Origin: Heteronotia binoei
Lineage: Eukaryota
Assembly: GCF_032191835.1 (NCBI RefSeq)
Contig: NC_083227.1
Location: 74,586,001-74,650,000, forward strand
DNA: 64,000 nucleotides
Direction: 5' to 3'
The position numbers and the translations under genes were made by a program. The notes under the pieces were generated by a model. The model did no database searches. It saw only the letters and a program-made list of their open reading frames with translations, and had not been told where the DNA came from. Below are positions 12,818-23,184 of this stretch, one piece after another (position 1 is the first letter of the stretch; every line of letters begins with the position of its first letter).

Positions 12818-15101
12818 ATCATTTCAACTACTTTCCCCTACATGCTTTTGTTCAGGAGGGCTTTGAAGTCTGCCAACATCCTATACTTGGAGCAAAACAG
12901 AACAAATGCTCTACTGGAGATCTTCTAAATAACAATTTGCTTGCTCCTTGGCTTGTCAGGTATGACTGCTACACTATTACACATTGTAGTAGGTGCTACC
13001 TTTTCATGCCATCAACCGAATCACTGATCACCACATCAAGTTTCTGCAAACACCCCTCCTAACAACATGTATCAAGTTTATTTTCAACACCATTTCAAAG
13101 TTATGTAATTCTGATCAGAGCACAAAGTTACATGTCCAGGGCACTACCTATGCATAAAGAGAGTAGTTATTTGCAGTTCCACTGGAGGCACCCATACTTT
13201 CACATCCCAATCCTACCAGTGGTTAAATATTTGAAGTGGTTAAATACACTGCACATGCAATTCTGCAAAGGAAAGGGGGGGGGGGGGTTAGGCAGCTTGA
13301 AGACATTTAAAAACTAATACAATACTTCACAAGTTTGCTGAAGAAAAGCAAGTTATCTACAGAAGAGATTTTTACACAAGCCCAAATCCTGCCTTTCAGA
13401 TCTAGCAGTTAAGGACAATGCTTTATAGGTAGCCATAATTAAAACAAAAGTAAATGTCTACACAATGCAGCAAAAAGCTCTTTTCCCTGTTAGAACAGCA
13501 CCTGGGGAAAGGAGATGTTCCCTTAGTTTAAAGATGCAAAGGCCTCAAAAACAGAAAAACGGAAACCTGGAGGGGTGCTGAAAAAATTTCCCATTAAATA
13601 TTTTTCTTTCAAATAAATCAAATTAAAAGCCATATTGTCTTCACTTAAAATGCGTAACACATTAAAGCCCATTACCCCCAGTTTTTCTAAAGAAACCTGC
13701 AGAGAATTTTTTTAAAGACTTCTACAATTTTTCTATTAGAATGAATGAAATGCTTTTTAAAAGATATTTTACTGACTTAGCATGTATAGCATTATTTTTC
13801 CCTTAGAAAAATGGGGATAACTAAAAAAACTATGAGTAAAACATGCTAAGACAACATAGAATGTACAAGTTTACAATTTTCACTTTTGTACTGGGTGTAT
13901 TTGCAATTTTTCTAGAAAATGAAGAGATTTGCACTTTTAAATTATACGTCAATACCAGTTTATATATCAAAATGATAAATCATGTCTCACATTGCTTAAG
14001 CAGCAAAAGTTACTTTCCTATCAAACCTAAACCTATTACATTTCTCAATTTCCACCCCAAATTCCTCCTACTCTTGGGGGAGGGGGAGGCAATTTCCAAG
14101 GATTGAAAATTTCTGGCAATTTTACCTCTTATGATTTTTTTTACCCTACTTTTCTTTTTAACGGAGACACAAAAGCTTATATTATTTTCCTCTCCTCCAA
14201 TTTACCCTTGCAAGAACCACCATGAAGTAGGCTGGGGTGAAAGAGTGGAACTGGTCCAGGAGGCTTCCATAGCAGAGTGGGGATTCCAACCTCGGATCTC
14301 CTGCTCCCAACATTACAGTCACTGCACCATGTTGATTTTAATTTATTCCATACCAACAGCCACAGTGCTAATTACGGCAGGGTGAGAAAAACACCCTATG
14401 CTCATAAGGCCGGTGATGAGAATCACAAAGGGTTTCAAAGTCAAAGACCATGCAAACAGGAGACCCATTCTGCCAAGAACACACCTTCTCTAAAAACCAG
14501 CTGCATCTTAAGTTACTTCAACCTCAAGCTAAACAGCATCCTGTTCAAGAAAAACCGACAGCGCTCCCTACGCTGAAAGCTCGTACAAATGGCAGGCCAA
14601 CAGAGAATGTCAGACCGATTCGTTTTGCAATTATCAAGCGAGTAATTCACTTAATCATTTTTCTCACACAACCCGGCAGCGACTGCTTGGATATTTGAAG
14701 TTAAATATCCACTGAATACTCTATAAAAACACTTCAAACTTAATTGTATTTTACCTTCTCGAAAGAAAAGCCGACAGCACCCTCATGCCCTACCTCCTCT
14801 CTTGCCTGCAGTCACGCGTTCAGACTACACGTATATAACCTTCAGCCTTAAATTTAAAAAAAACCCTCCTCTGGAGCTACGAAAGGTTCGCAGGCTCATT
14901 TGTTTGCTTGCTCCCTGAACGGCACGGGCAATGAAGGAAAGCCCCTAAGCACCGATTAGCTTCAGTAGTACGTTCCCGTCTCTAGCACTCCTAAAAATAG
15001 CGGCCGGCAATAATGCAGAAGGCCTCCCAGCAACCCTGAGGGAACTGTAAGACCACCCCAGGGGACCGGTCGGGCAGGATGGCACAGGATCACGAACTTA
15101 C

Positions 15102-15154
15102 CAGTCGGCTAATGGCGACACCCGCTCAACTCGGGAGCGCAAGGAGAAAGAGAG
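15102..15154 (-). promoter_or_regulatory. RPL32: RPL32 non-coding exon 1 with 5'TOP pyrimidine tract and downstream YY1 (delta) site
   Basis: Minus strand CTCTCTTTCTCCTT (TOP/TCT-like) ... GTCGCCATTA (YY1-like, 15111-15117) ... GACTG|GTAAGT donor at 15102; CpG-rich surroundings. Exact TSS approximate. Confidence 0.8.
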
Positions 15155-15829
15155 ACAAGGGAAGCCGCAAAGGCCGATGGGACGTCACCGTCAGGTCCTG
15201 GCAGGTCAGTTCTTGCCAAGAACACAGAAGAAAAGACAGCTGATTCAGTTGGTAAACCTACTTAGTGTCTACATAGAATAAAACTTAAAATCCGTTACAG
15301 AAATTAGCTCGTTAAGATAATTCTATCCGCTGTTATAAAAACTCCCGTGGTATAATGGCACGCAGGACCCCAATACGTCAGCTCCGGTGTTATGCGCAAA
15401 AATTAACAGCACAGGGCAACGGAGTTGCAACGGGCGTTGCTGACACAGCGACATCTGGTGGTGATATCGAGGCGTCTACGCAGAGACGGTCTGGTGGCTT
15501 CTCTGTGTAGTTTTGTTTACGAATTCGCTCTTGAGAGTTATCTATTATTAAGTTATTTTTCCCTTTGTGTGCTTTTGGCTTCCAAGAATGATAATTGTAC
15601 TATCCCTTGTTGCATATATTTATTATGTTCTATATGAGCTACAAATCAATTACATGGCAGTACTGTCAACTGTCTCTCTTGTTCACAGATCACAACTTTT
15701 ATAATTAACGTTCACCTTCAAGAACAGGCATGGGTTTCATCCGTTTTAGGAGTTCCTTTGAATATTCCTGTGCCACTGAAGACAGAATGGAACATGACCA
15801 ATTTGTTCAGGTGTCCTTTGCTGGAAAGT

Positions 15830-15970
15830 CACAGCTGACTCATGGTGAGCCCATAGAGCAGAGGTATGAAACTCATTTGCTGTGACAGCTAGATCTGACA
15901 TAAATGTCACTTTGTTGGGCTGGGCCATGCATGCCATAAAATGTAACTGGAGATATAAACTTTATAAAGG
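15830..15970 (+). mobile_element. Fragment of a hAT (CAGGGGTGTCAAAC-type) element
   Basis: aaactcatttg...agatctgacataaatg...cataaaatgtaa...atataaactttataaagg matches the copies at 42213-42757 and 55571-56091. Confidence 0.6.
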
Positions 15971-16442
15971 TGATTTCAGATATCGAAGTGCTAGGGTTGC
16001 CAATCCCCATGTGGGTAACCAAAGAGAGTGTCACACAGGATGTGGAACTGGAGAGCAAGCGTAGGCGCCATGTACCATTGACTCATGTAGCAGAGTTAAC
16101 CCTTGACAAAACAATTCAAAAAATGTGAAAATATGTCCAAAATATTAATTCAGATGGTGAACATCGACCACAAGGGTATAGAAAATTTCTCCCATATCAA
16201 AAATTAGTTTCCACAAGGGAATGAAGCTGACAGGCAAAACCGGTCTATTTTTCTTTGTTTCGCTGTAAGCTTTATTTTTTTATTTTTTTATTTTTTAGTT
16301 TATTACACCCAAGTGCAAATACAGTACAACAAATAAAAACACAAATACATACCAATACATGTAATACACACCCAATCTTCCTCCACCCCACAAACATACT
16401 CCCAAACATCCCGGGTACGAACAGAGATTCATTTATAATGTC

Positions 16443-19400
16443 CTATTGTTCCCATATTAATCCTTTACTTTTTACCCAACAATATATTGGTTCCCAAGTC
16501 TCTTTACATTTTTGAAAGTTGCCTTCACGTAACCTTGTCGTCATTAGGTCCGACTCCACCGCCTCCATAAGTTTGACAATAAATTCTTCTCTAGAAGGAA
16601 TTTGAGGCGTCTTCCAATATTTAGCAAATAATAATCTAGCAACAGTCACAATATACATTAATACCTTAATCGTTTTTGGTGGAAGATTCTCTCTACAGAT
16701 ATTTAAAAGAAATAGTTCAGGGGAGTGACGAATCTTAATTTTTAGAATCTTTTGGATCCACATATTAATTGACACCCAATATTTTTTGGCAATCTCACAG
16801 TTCCACCAAATGTGAAATAATGAACCTTTAGTCTTTTTACATTTCCAACATTTGTTGGAGTAGCTGGGATATATTTTCGCTAGTCGGTCTGGTGTTAAAT
16901 ACCAGCGGTAAATCATTTTGTATATATTTTCCTTAAACAAAGCCGACGTAGTTAATTTTATGTTCCGTTTCCATATTTGTTCCCAGTCTTCCAAGTTAAT
17001 ATTAAACCCAAAGTCTCTTAACCACTTTATCCAAGATTCCTTGACTACCTCTCCCTGCATTTTCTCCCGTAGTAACCATTCATAGATTTTGGAGACTAGT
17101 TTCTGGTTTGTCAGAATAATTTGGTCAAGATCGTTTAGTTTCTTAGTAAACCCTTTTTCTCTATCTTTTTGATAACTTACTTGTATTTGACATTTCAGCC
17201 ACCAATCTAATTGGGTCATTTCTTCCGATTTCAAGTTGTTCTGTTCATCTAATAGATTTTGATAGTCATTTAGGTTATTCCAATCATAAAGATTGGGATG
17301 AGTGTGAGCCTCCACTGGTGATAACCACAGTGGGGTATAGGAATAGAACTTTCTAATATCCATCCAAGCCCTAAAGAGGGATTTCCTTATTTCGTGTCTC
17401 CAAAATAGACTATTTGGTGGGGGGTTTTGGTACCAAAGATATCCATGCCACCCTCTCCCCAAACCTGCCCCCTCCATGATCAACATTCTTTTATTTCTCA
17501 ATGTAAACCACTCTATTAGCCAAGCTATACGACTAGCCTTGTGGTACAAGTTCCATTCTGGCAAGGCCAGCCCACCTCTCAATTTACTGTCCTGCAATAC
17601 TTTAAGCCTGATTCTGGGTTTTTTGTTCTGCCATATGAATGATAGGATTATTTTGTTCAATTGTTGGAAAAATTTCTTCGGAAGCATGATAGGAATCATC
17701 TGGAAGAGAAATAATACTCTTGGCAACACATTCATTTTAATAGTTGCAATCCTGCCCAGAAGAGAGATATGCAAATCTTGCCATCTGTTTAAATCCTCTT
17801 GAATTTCTTTTATTAGTTTCTCATAATTGTCCCGGTACAGGTCTTTAAGTTCACTGGTCATTTGAATTCCTAAATATCTCACTTTTTTCCCATATGCGAA
17901 TTCTGATTTAACTTCAAATTGGTCAATTTGCTCTTTATTCATATTTTTTGTAAAAAATTTCGTCTTCTGCGCGTTAATTTTGAGTCCCGATACATGTCCA
18001 TATTGTTTTAATGATTCTTTCAGTTCTTCAATAGATGCATTGGGGTCCTCTAGAATACACAGCAAATCATCTGCGAAGCCTTGGATCTTCAGCTCTTCTC
18101 CCCTAATTTTAGTACCTCTTATTTGATCTTCATTCCTTATTCTTTGTGCTAACAGTTCTAGTGTTAATATAAATAATAATGGCGATAAGGGGCAGCCTTG
18201 TCTTGTACCCTGTGCTATCGCAATTAAGTCTGTTTTAGTATTATTAAAGCTAATCCTTGCATTTTGTTCTGTGTATATAGTTTCCACCAGTCCACGGAAA
18301 TTCCCTCCACAACCTACTGCCTCCAATGATTTCAGTATAAAATTCCAATTAACATTGTCAAAGGCTTTTTCCGCGTCTACAAATATTAAAGCCACCTGCT
18401 TCTCAGGATGTTCCTTGTAGAATTCAAGAATGTTCATTAAAAATCTCACATTCTGTTCCATTTGTCTACCTGGCACAAAGCCCGTTTGGTCTTCATGGAC
18501 AACCGCACTTATAACTTTTTTAAGTCTGTTTGCCAGCACCGTAGCAAAAACTTTGTAATCACTGTTTAGCAACGAAATGGGTCTATAATTCTTTACTTCC
18601 ACTGGGTCTGTACCTTCTTTGTGTATCAAGGTAATAAGTGCTTCCTTCCAAGATGCTGGTATTCCACCGTTCTTTTGTACCTCGTCAATTACGTTTTTAT
18701 ACGGGATGAGCAGTTCTTCTTCAAACACTTTATAAAATTCAATGGGGAGACCATCCGGTCCTGGTACTTTATTCGTCTTTTGTTGGCTAATCGCTTCTCC
18801 AATCTCATGCATGGTTATTGGTGCTTCTAATTTTTCTTTTTGTTCTTGTGTCAACTGTTTTAATTTAGTCTTTGCAATGTAATCTTCTTGTAGCTGATTA
18901 GGGATTTCTTGACCTTTATATAATTTTTGATAAAAGCTTTGAATTATTATTTTCATCTGGCTGGTTTGTGTTGTCTCTTTTCCTTCTTCATCTTTAAGCG
19001 AATTTATGATTTTTTTGCTTCTTTCCTTTTTTAGTTTGTATGCTAGCCATCGGCTGGCTTTGTTTGCACTTTCAAAGTGAGTTTGTCTCATCCATTTCAT
19101 CTTCTTTTCTACTTCTTCCATTAGTATTAGGTTAATTTGGTGTTGAATAGCTGAGATCTTTAATCTTATTTCTTCTATATTCTTTATCTTTAACTGCTTC
19201 TCTTGTTCACTTAATTTTTGAACCAAATCCTTATAGGTCTTCAAACGTTCTCTTTTCCTCCCTGCTGTATACTTTATTGCAATCCCACGAAAAAAGGCCT
19301 TGAATGTATCCCAAATGATGTGCATACTGGTATCTTTAGTTAGGTTGTGCTGGAAGAATTCCTTTATTTCTTTCTTTGTTGACTCCAAAAACTTTGTTTC

Positions 19401-20174
19401 CTTAAGAATTTGCAAATTAAGCGTCCACCGTGAGCTCTTCACTGTGCCTATTAGATTAATCTGGATCGGATTATGATCAGCATATGTACTAGGTAAAATA
19501 TCTGCTTGTTGAACTGATAACATTAAGTCAGCCGCCAACCAACACATGTCAATTCTCGACCAGCACCTGTGAGCAGAAGAATAATAAGTATAGTCCTTGG
19601 TTGCAGGATTCTTTGTTCTCCACACGTCTACTAGATTAAACTCATCAGCTAGTTTTAAGAACTCTTTAGGTAAACTACATCTCAGTTTCCTTTTTTTTTG
19701 TTCTTCAAATTTTTTGTCTTTTTCTATGTCGAAGACCGCGTTGTAGTCACCTATAATACAACAATTCTTAAGTTCAAATTCCGTCAATTTTTTATGCAGA
19801 GTTTTGTAAAATTTTGCGAGGTTTTCATTGGGGGCATAGATGTTAACTAATATCAATTTCTTTCCACAGTGTTCTATCTCTACCATCACTATTCTTCCCT
19901 TCTTATCCGAGTATAAACAGCTAGATTGGATAGACTTAGATACATATATTGCTACCCCCTTTTTTTTCCTTTCTGGGTCAGATGAGTGATAGAGCGTGCC
20001 TAATTTTTCATTTCGTAGATATTTTATATCTTTTTCTTGAATATGCGTCTCCTGCAGACAAATTATTGAAGATGATGTTTTTCTAAGTCGCTGAAATATC
20101 CTTCTTCTTTTTCTTGGGTCATTCAAGCCGTTCACGTTAACTGAGGTGATCTGCATTCCAGACCTGGTATTCAT
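16443..20174 (-). CDS. L1 ORF2p: APE endonuclease, reverse transcriptase, C-terminal CCHC zinc knuckle (1243 aa)
   Basis: EN motifs NVNGLN, LQETH, IYAPN, GDYNA, SRID, DHNP; RT motifs YRPISLLN, DAEKAFD, GTRQGCPLSPLLF, FADD, YLGI; CWKC-x8-H-x4-C. Confidence 0.96.
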   Translation of the reverse strand: MNTRSGMQITSVNVNGLNDPRKRRRIFQRLRKTSSSIICLQETHIQEKDIKYLRNEKLGTLYHSSDPERKKKGVAIYVSKSIQSSCLYSDKKGRIVMVEIEHCGKKLILVNIYAPNENLAKFYKTLHKKLTEFELKNCCIIGDYNAVFDIEKDKKFEEQKKRKLRCSLPKEFLKLADEFNLVDVWRTKNPATKDYTYYSSAHRCWSRIDMCWLAADLMLSVQQADILPSTYADHNPIQINLIGTVKSSRWTLNLQILKETKFLESTKKEIKEFFQHNLTKDTSMHIIWDTFKAFFRGIAIKYTAGRKRERLKTYKDLVQKLSEQEKQLKIKNIEEIRLKISAIQHQINLILMEEVEKKMKWMRQTHFESANKASRWLAYKLKKERSKKIINSLKDEEGKETTQTSQMKIIIQSFYQKLYKGQEIPNQLQEDYIAKTKLKQLTQEQKEKLEAPITMHEIGEAISQQKTNKVPGPDGLPIEFYKVFEEELLIPYKNVIDEVQKNGGIPASWKEALITLIHKEGTDPVEVKNYRPISLLNSDYKVFATVLANRLKKVISAVVHEDQTGFVPGRQMEQNVRFLMNILEFYKEHPEKQVALIFVDAEKAFDNVNWNFILKSLEAVGCGGNFRGLVETIYTEQNARISFNNTKTDLIAIAQGTRQGCPLSPLLFILTLELLAQRIRNEDQIRGTKIRGEELKIQGFADDLLCILEDPNASIEELKESLKQYGHVSGLKINAQKTKFFTKNMNKEQIDQFEVKSEFAYGKKVRYLGIQMTSELKDLYRDNYEKLIKEIQEDLNRWQDLHISLLGRIATIKMNVLPRVLFLFQMIPIMLPKKFFQQLNKIILSFIWQNKKPRIRLKVLQDSKLRGGLALPEWNLYHKASRIAWLIEWFTLRNKRMLIMEGAGLGRGWHGYLWYQNPPPNSLFWRHEIRKSLFRAWMDIRKFYSYTPLWLSPVEAHTHPNLYDWNNLNDYQNLLDEQNNLKSEEMTQLDWWLKCQIQVSYQKDREKGFTKKLNDLDQIILTNQKLVSKIYEWLLREKMQGEVVKESWIKWLRDFGFNINLEDWEQIWKRNIKLTTSALFKENIYKMIYRWYLTPDRLAKIYPSYSNKCWKCKKTKGSLFHIWWNCEIAKKYWVSINMWIQKILKIKIRHSPELFLLNICRENLPPKTIKVLMYIVTVARLLFAKYWKTPQIPSREEFIVKLMEAVESDLMTTRLREGNFQKCKETWEPIYCWVKSKGLIWEQ

Positions 20175-21181
20175 TTTAATAAATCAATACTATCAGAATA
20201 TGTTTCCTGAGTTTTTTTAGTTTGGGTCCTTGTCTTAACTCCTTCTTTCCACAGCTTCTGCACAGCACCCTCTTCTACTTTATTTCGACCGTCTTCTTCT
20301 TCTTGTTCTTCTTGTTCATCTCCCGTCTCCGATTCACGGCTACTTAAATCCACATATTTATCCCAAAATTCCTCTAATTTTTCCGACGATGTTATGTTAT
20401 GTCTTCTGGTTTGATATATGAAGAAAACCCCTTCTGGGATTAACCATCTAAATTGCACTGAATGCTTCATCAACCAGATTGTTAGTCTACGATATTTGGA
20501 TCTACGCTGTCGGACTTCCCAGGGCACATCTTTCAACACTTTTATGTTGGCATCCTTCCACTTCAGTCCCTGCTCTTTAACTTTTTTCAAAAAATTTTCA
20601 CATGTTGTGAGGTGGGTGAATTTCACTTGCACCTCTCTAGCTAAATTATGCTTCCTCGTGTAGTTGGAGGAAATTCTTCTGGCCCACTCAATGTCTCTCC
20701 TTCCCTCCTCCAGGCATTGATCATCTTCAAAGGTCAGCAGTTCCGAGATTTTTTCTATTATATTTTCATTCTTTTCCTCTGGTAAATTTTGAAAGCGCAA
20801 TATATACTCTGCTTTTTCCATCTCTAGCTTTATAATTCTTTCCTCCAGATTGGTCATCCTCACTTTATTTTCTCGGGTTGTGTTAGCCACCTCCTTCTCA
20901 CTTTCAGCTATTTTGTCCACTTTAGCGGCCAGACTATGAATTTGTTGGGTATTCCCTAATAACTGCTTTTGGAATTCCTCAACTTGTCTATTTGTTTTCA
21001 TTATCTGGCCCATTAAATCTGCTTTCATCGTCTCTAACGCTTCTTGGTTTTGCCTAAAACCAGCCGTCACTATGTTTTGCAATTTCTCAATGGCATCTTG
21101 ATTTGTTGTTTCTGGTATTGATTTTCCCCCACCCCCAGGGGTTGGTGAGGGGGTACCTTGCCCAAACTTTTTGGGACCCAT
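20171..21181 (-). CDS. L1 ORF1p (coiled coil, RRM, CTD; 336 aa from first ATG)
   Basis: Heptad-rich region then LRFQNLPE, WARRI, VKF, KDVPWEVRQRR, RWLIP motifs typical of L1 ORF1; the first in-frame ATG is at 21181 (the track start at 21214 is a TTG). Confidence 0.9.
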   Translation of the reverse strand: MGPKKFGQGTPSPTPGGGGKSIPETTNQDAIEKLQNIVTAGFRQNQEALETMKADLMGQIMKTNRQVEEFQKQLLGNTQQIHSLAAKVDKIAESEKEVANTTRENKVRMTNLEERIIKLEMEKAEYILRFQNLPEEKNENIIEKISELLTFEDDQCLEEGRRDIEWARRISSNYTRKHNLAREVQVKFTHLTTCENFLKKVKEQGLKWKDANIKVLKDVPWEVRQRRSKYRRLTIWLMKHSVQFRWLIPEGVFFIYQTRRHNITSSEKLEEFWDKYVDLSSRESETGDEQEEQEEEDGRNKVEEGAVQKLWKEGVKTRTQTKKTQETYSDSIDLLK

Positions 21182-23184
21182 TTCTGAATCTTCAAATAGT
21201 TTCTCCTTACTCAAGGGATATACTTAATTAATTGGTTAATTAACTAATCAGACAATCCAGTTAATCCCTCAGGTCCCAGAGCCTCTTATAATCAGTAACT
21301 GTTCAATTCATTACATTAGTTTCTATTTCCTTAATAACACAATTACCTTAAATTCCTAGTATCTTAATTAATTACAGTTAATTAATTACCCTAATATCTT
21401 AATTTATCCTTACATAAATGACTACTTTCCTTATTCAAGTCAATTATTACATCAAATATCTGATACTCTCCTTACCACTATACAACAATTATATCTACAG
21501 TTTATACACCCAATAATTATATACAGAACATTTAACCAGATTTCTACCTTTTAGTATAAATTCCCTTTCTACAAAATCTTATATATTAAGTTCACTTTTT
21601 CTTGCACCTTCCTCTTTCTCCTTCTCCTGTTCTTCTTCTTCTTCCACAGTATAATAACCTTCTTTCGTGCTCCTTTCTTTCTATAGTTATTGTCTATATC
21701 TAGGACTTCGTTATTCTTGACCACGCAGATTGTTCAAATGACTTCCAAACAGTCAAAAGCCCATCTTCAGCGGGGAGACGGCCTCAGCGCACCCGCTGCT
21801 AAAAACCCTCTCCCCACCCTTTACCAGATTATATCTCCAGGCACAGCACTTAGATTTCTTTCCTTCCTTCTTTTATACAATTCTGGACGATTAAATAGTT
21901 TCCACAAATCTTGCCTGTAGTCAAACGCCTCTCTTTCCCCGTCTCATACTTTCACTTTTAAACCACCGCAACGCCGCCATTAATCTGCTCTCCACGTGTC
22001 AAAGTCCAGCGATTTATCTAGTCAATTTCCACTTTCCACTCTCCCTTCTGGTCTTTCTTTTGTATTTTATATCTTCTTCTTTTCTTTCCCTCTACTGTAA
22101 TATTATATTATTCACCTTAAACCTCCCTGTCCATTGCTCTGACTCTAAAAAAGAAAAAGAAAAAAAAAACTCACTCCGCCTGGCCGTCTCTTCGCTTATC
22201 TTGCAACCTCCGCCATTACAGCCACTGTTCACCATCAGTTTCCCTGCCTTCTAATTCAGATGCACCGTCCCCGTCTCGACCTGATTAGAGCGGCTGAATT
22301 TAATCTTTAGTCTTCTTCTTGGCCCAAAATAGTCTCAAAATAGTCTCAAATAGTCTCGTACCTGCTATGTTGTGTTGCACTCTCATTCGGCATTCATCCG
22401 GTGCGCTCCAATCTCCGCTCTCTGTTCCCAGCCTGTGTCTCCTGTCTGCACTCAATACCAGCTCAACTGCTGGATCTCCGCTGCCGTTGAAAGTAGGTGA
22501 GAACAAAACTTCATGCCTCAATTCTTTTATTCGTTCTTTTTATGGGTATAGAATGTTGTCTCTGCTCGTTCCCTTCTCCGGTGGCCCAGTTTGACACTGA
22601 AGTGTTGCTAGGCATCGGCTATAGGGACAGTCTGGGCTTGAAAGAGGAGCCTCCGCTCCCCCCCCGATCCCAGAAAACTCCCCAAACTGCGATACGTCTT
22701 CTGACGTTTCTTTAGGGGGCACTCCCCTTCGGAAGGTCCCCCCAAATGCTCAGCAAAACAGCGCGATTCCCGGAGCTCGGGAAAGGCTCAGCCGCACCAC
22801 GCCATAAACCGGAAGCTCCGCTGTAAGCTTTATCTAAGCCTTTGCTTATTCAATTTGCAAAACAACTTCCACTCTCAAAAATCTTATCATTCTAACACTT
22901 CCAAGAATCAGTTTCTCATCGGTTTTGCCTGTCAGCTTCATTCCCTTGTGGAAATTAAATTTTGATATTGGAGAAATTTTCTATACCCTTGCGGTCGATG
23001 TTCACCATCTGAATTAATAAATATTTTTGGACATATTTTCACATTTTTTGAATTGCTTTGTCAAGGGTTAACTCTTCTACAGGAGTCAATGGTACACAGT
23101 GCCTACACTTGCTCTCCAATCCCCAGGTGAGTGGCAGAGATACAAAGCAACGCTTCTGTGTATAAATTAGTCTCAGTTGTGCTT

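Larger units (their letters stand above)
16276..22818 (-). mobile_element. Full-length, apparently intact L1-clade LINE (5'UTR about 1.6 kb, ORF1, ORF2, short 3'UTR, poly(A))
   Basis: TSD cgctgtaagctttat at 16261-16275 and 22819-22833; A-rich tail and AATAAA (16289-16294); 5' end GAGCTTCCGGTTTATGGCG with ETS and YY1-like motifs; two uninterrupted ORFs. Confidence 0.95.
16049..23118. mobile_element. Unclassified non-autonomous element with about 195-bp terminal inverted repeats, split by the L1 insertion
   Basis: 16049-16242 is the reverse complement of 22920-23118 (roughly 90% identical by eye); the spacer without the L1 is about 120 bp. Confidence 0.8.

Noticed and set aside
14688-14711. 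9-bp perfect hairpin tggatattt/aaatatcca in RPL32 intron 1
   Set aside because: AT-rich 9-bp stems are expected a few times by chance in a window this size; too short for a pre-miRNA.
21182-21214. ORF1 N-terminal extension in the ORF track
   Set aside because: It starts at TTG; the first ATG (21181, MGPKK) is the more plausible start.
16096-23071. piggyBac assignment from TTAA|CCCTT...AAGGG|TTAA
   Set aside because: Inverted symmetry continues about 50 bp outside the TTAA, which a simple TTAA-targeted insertion would not produce.
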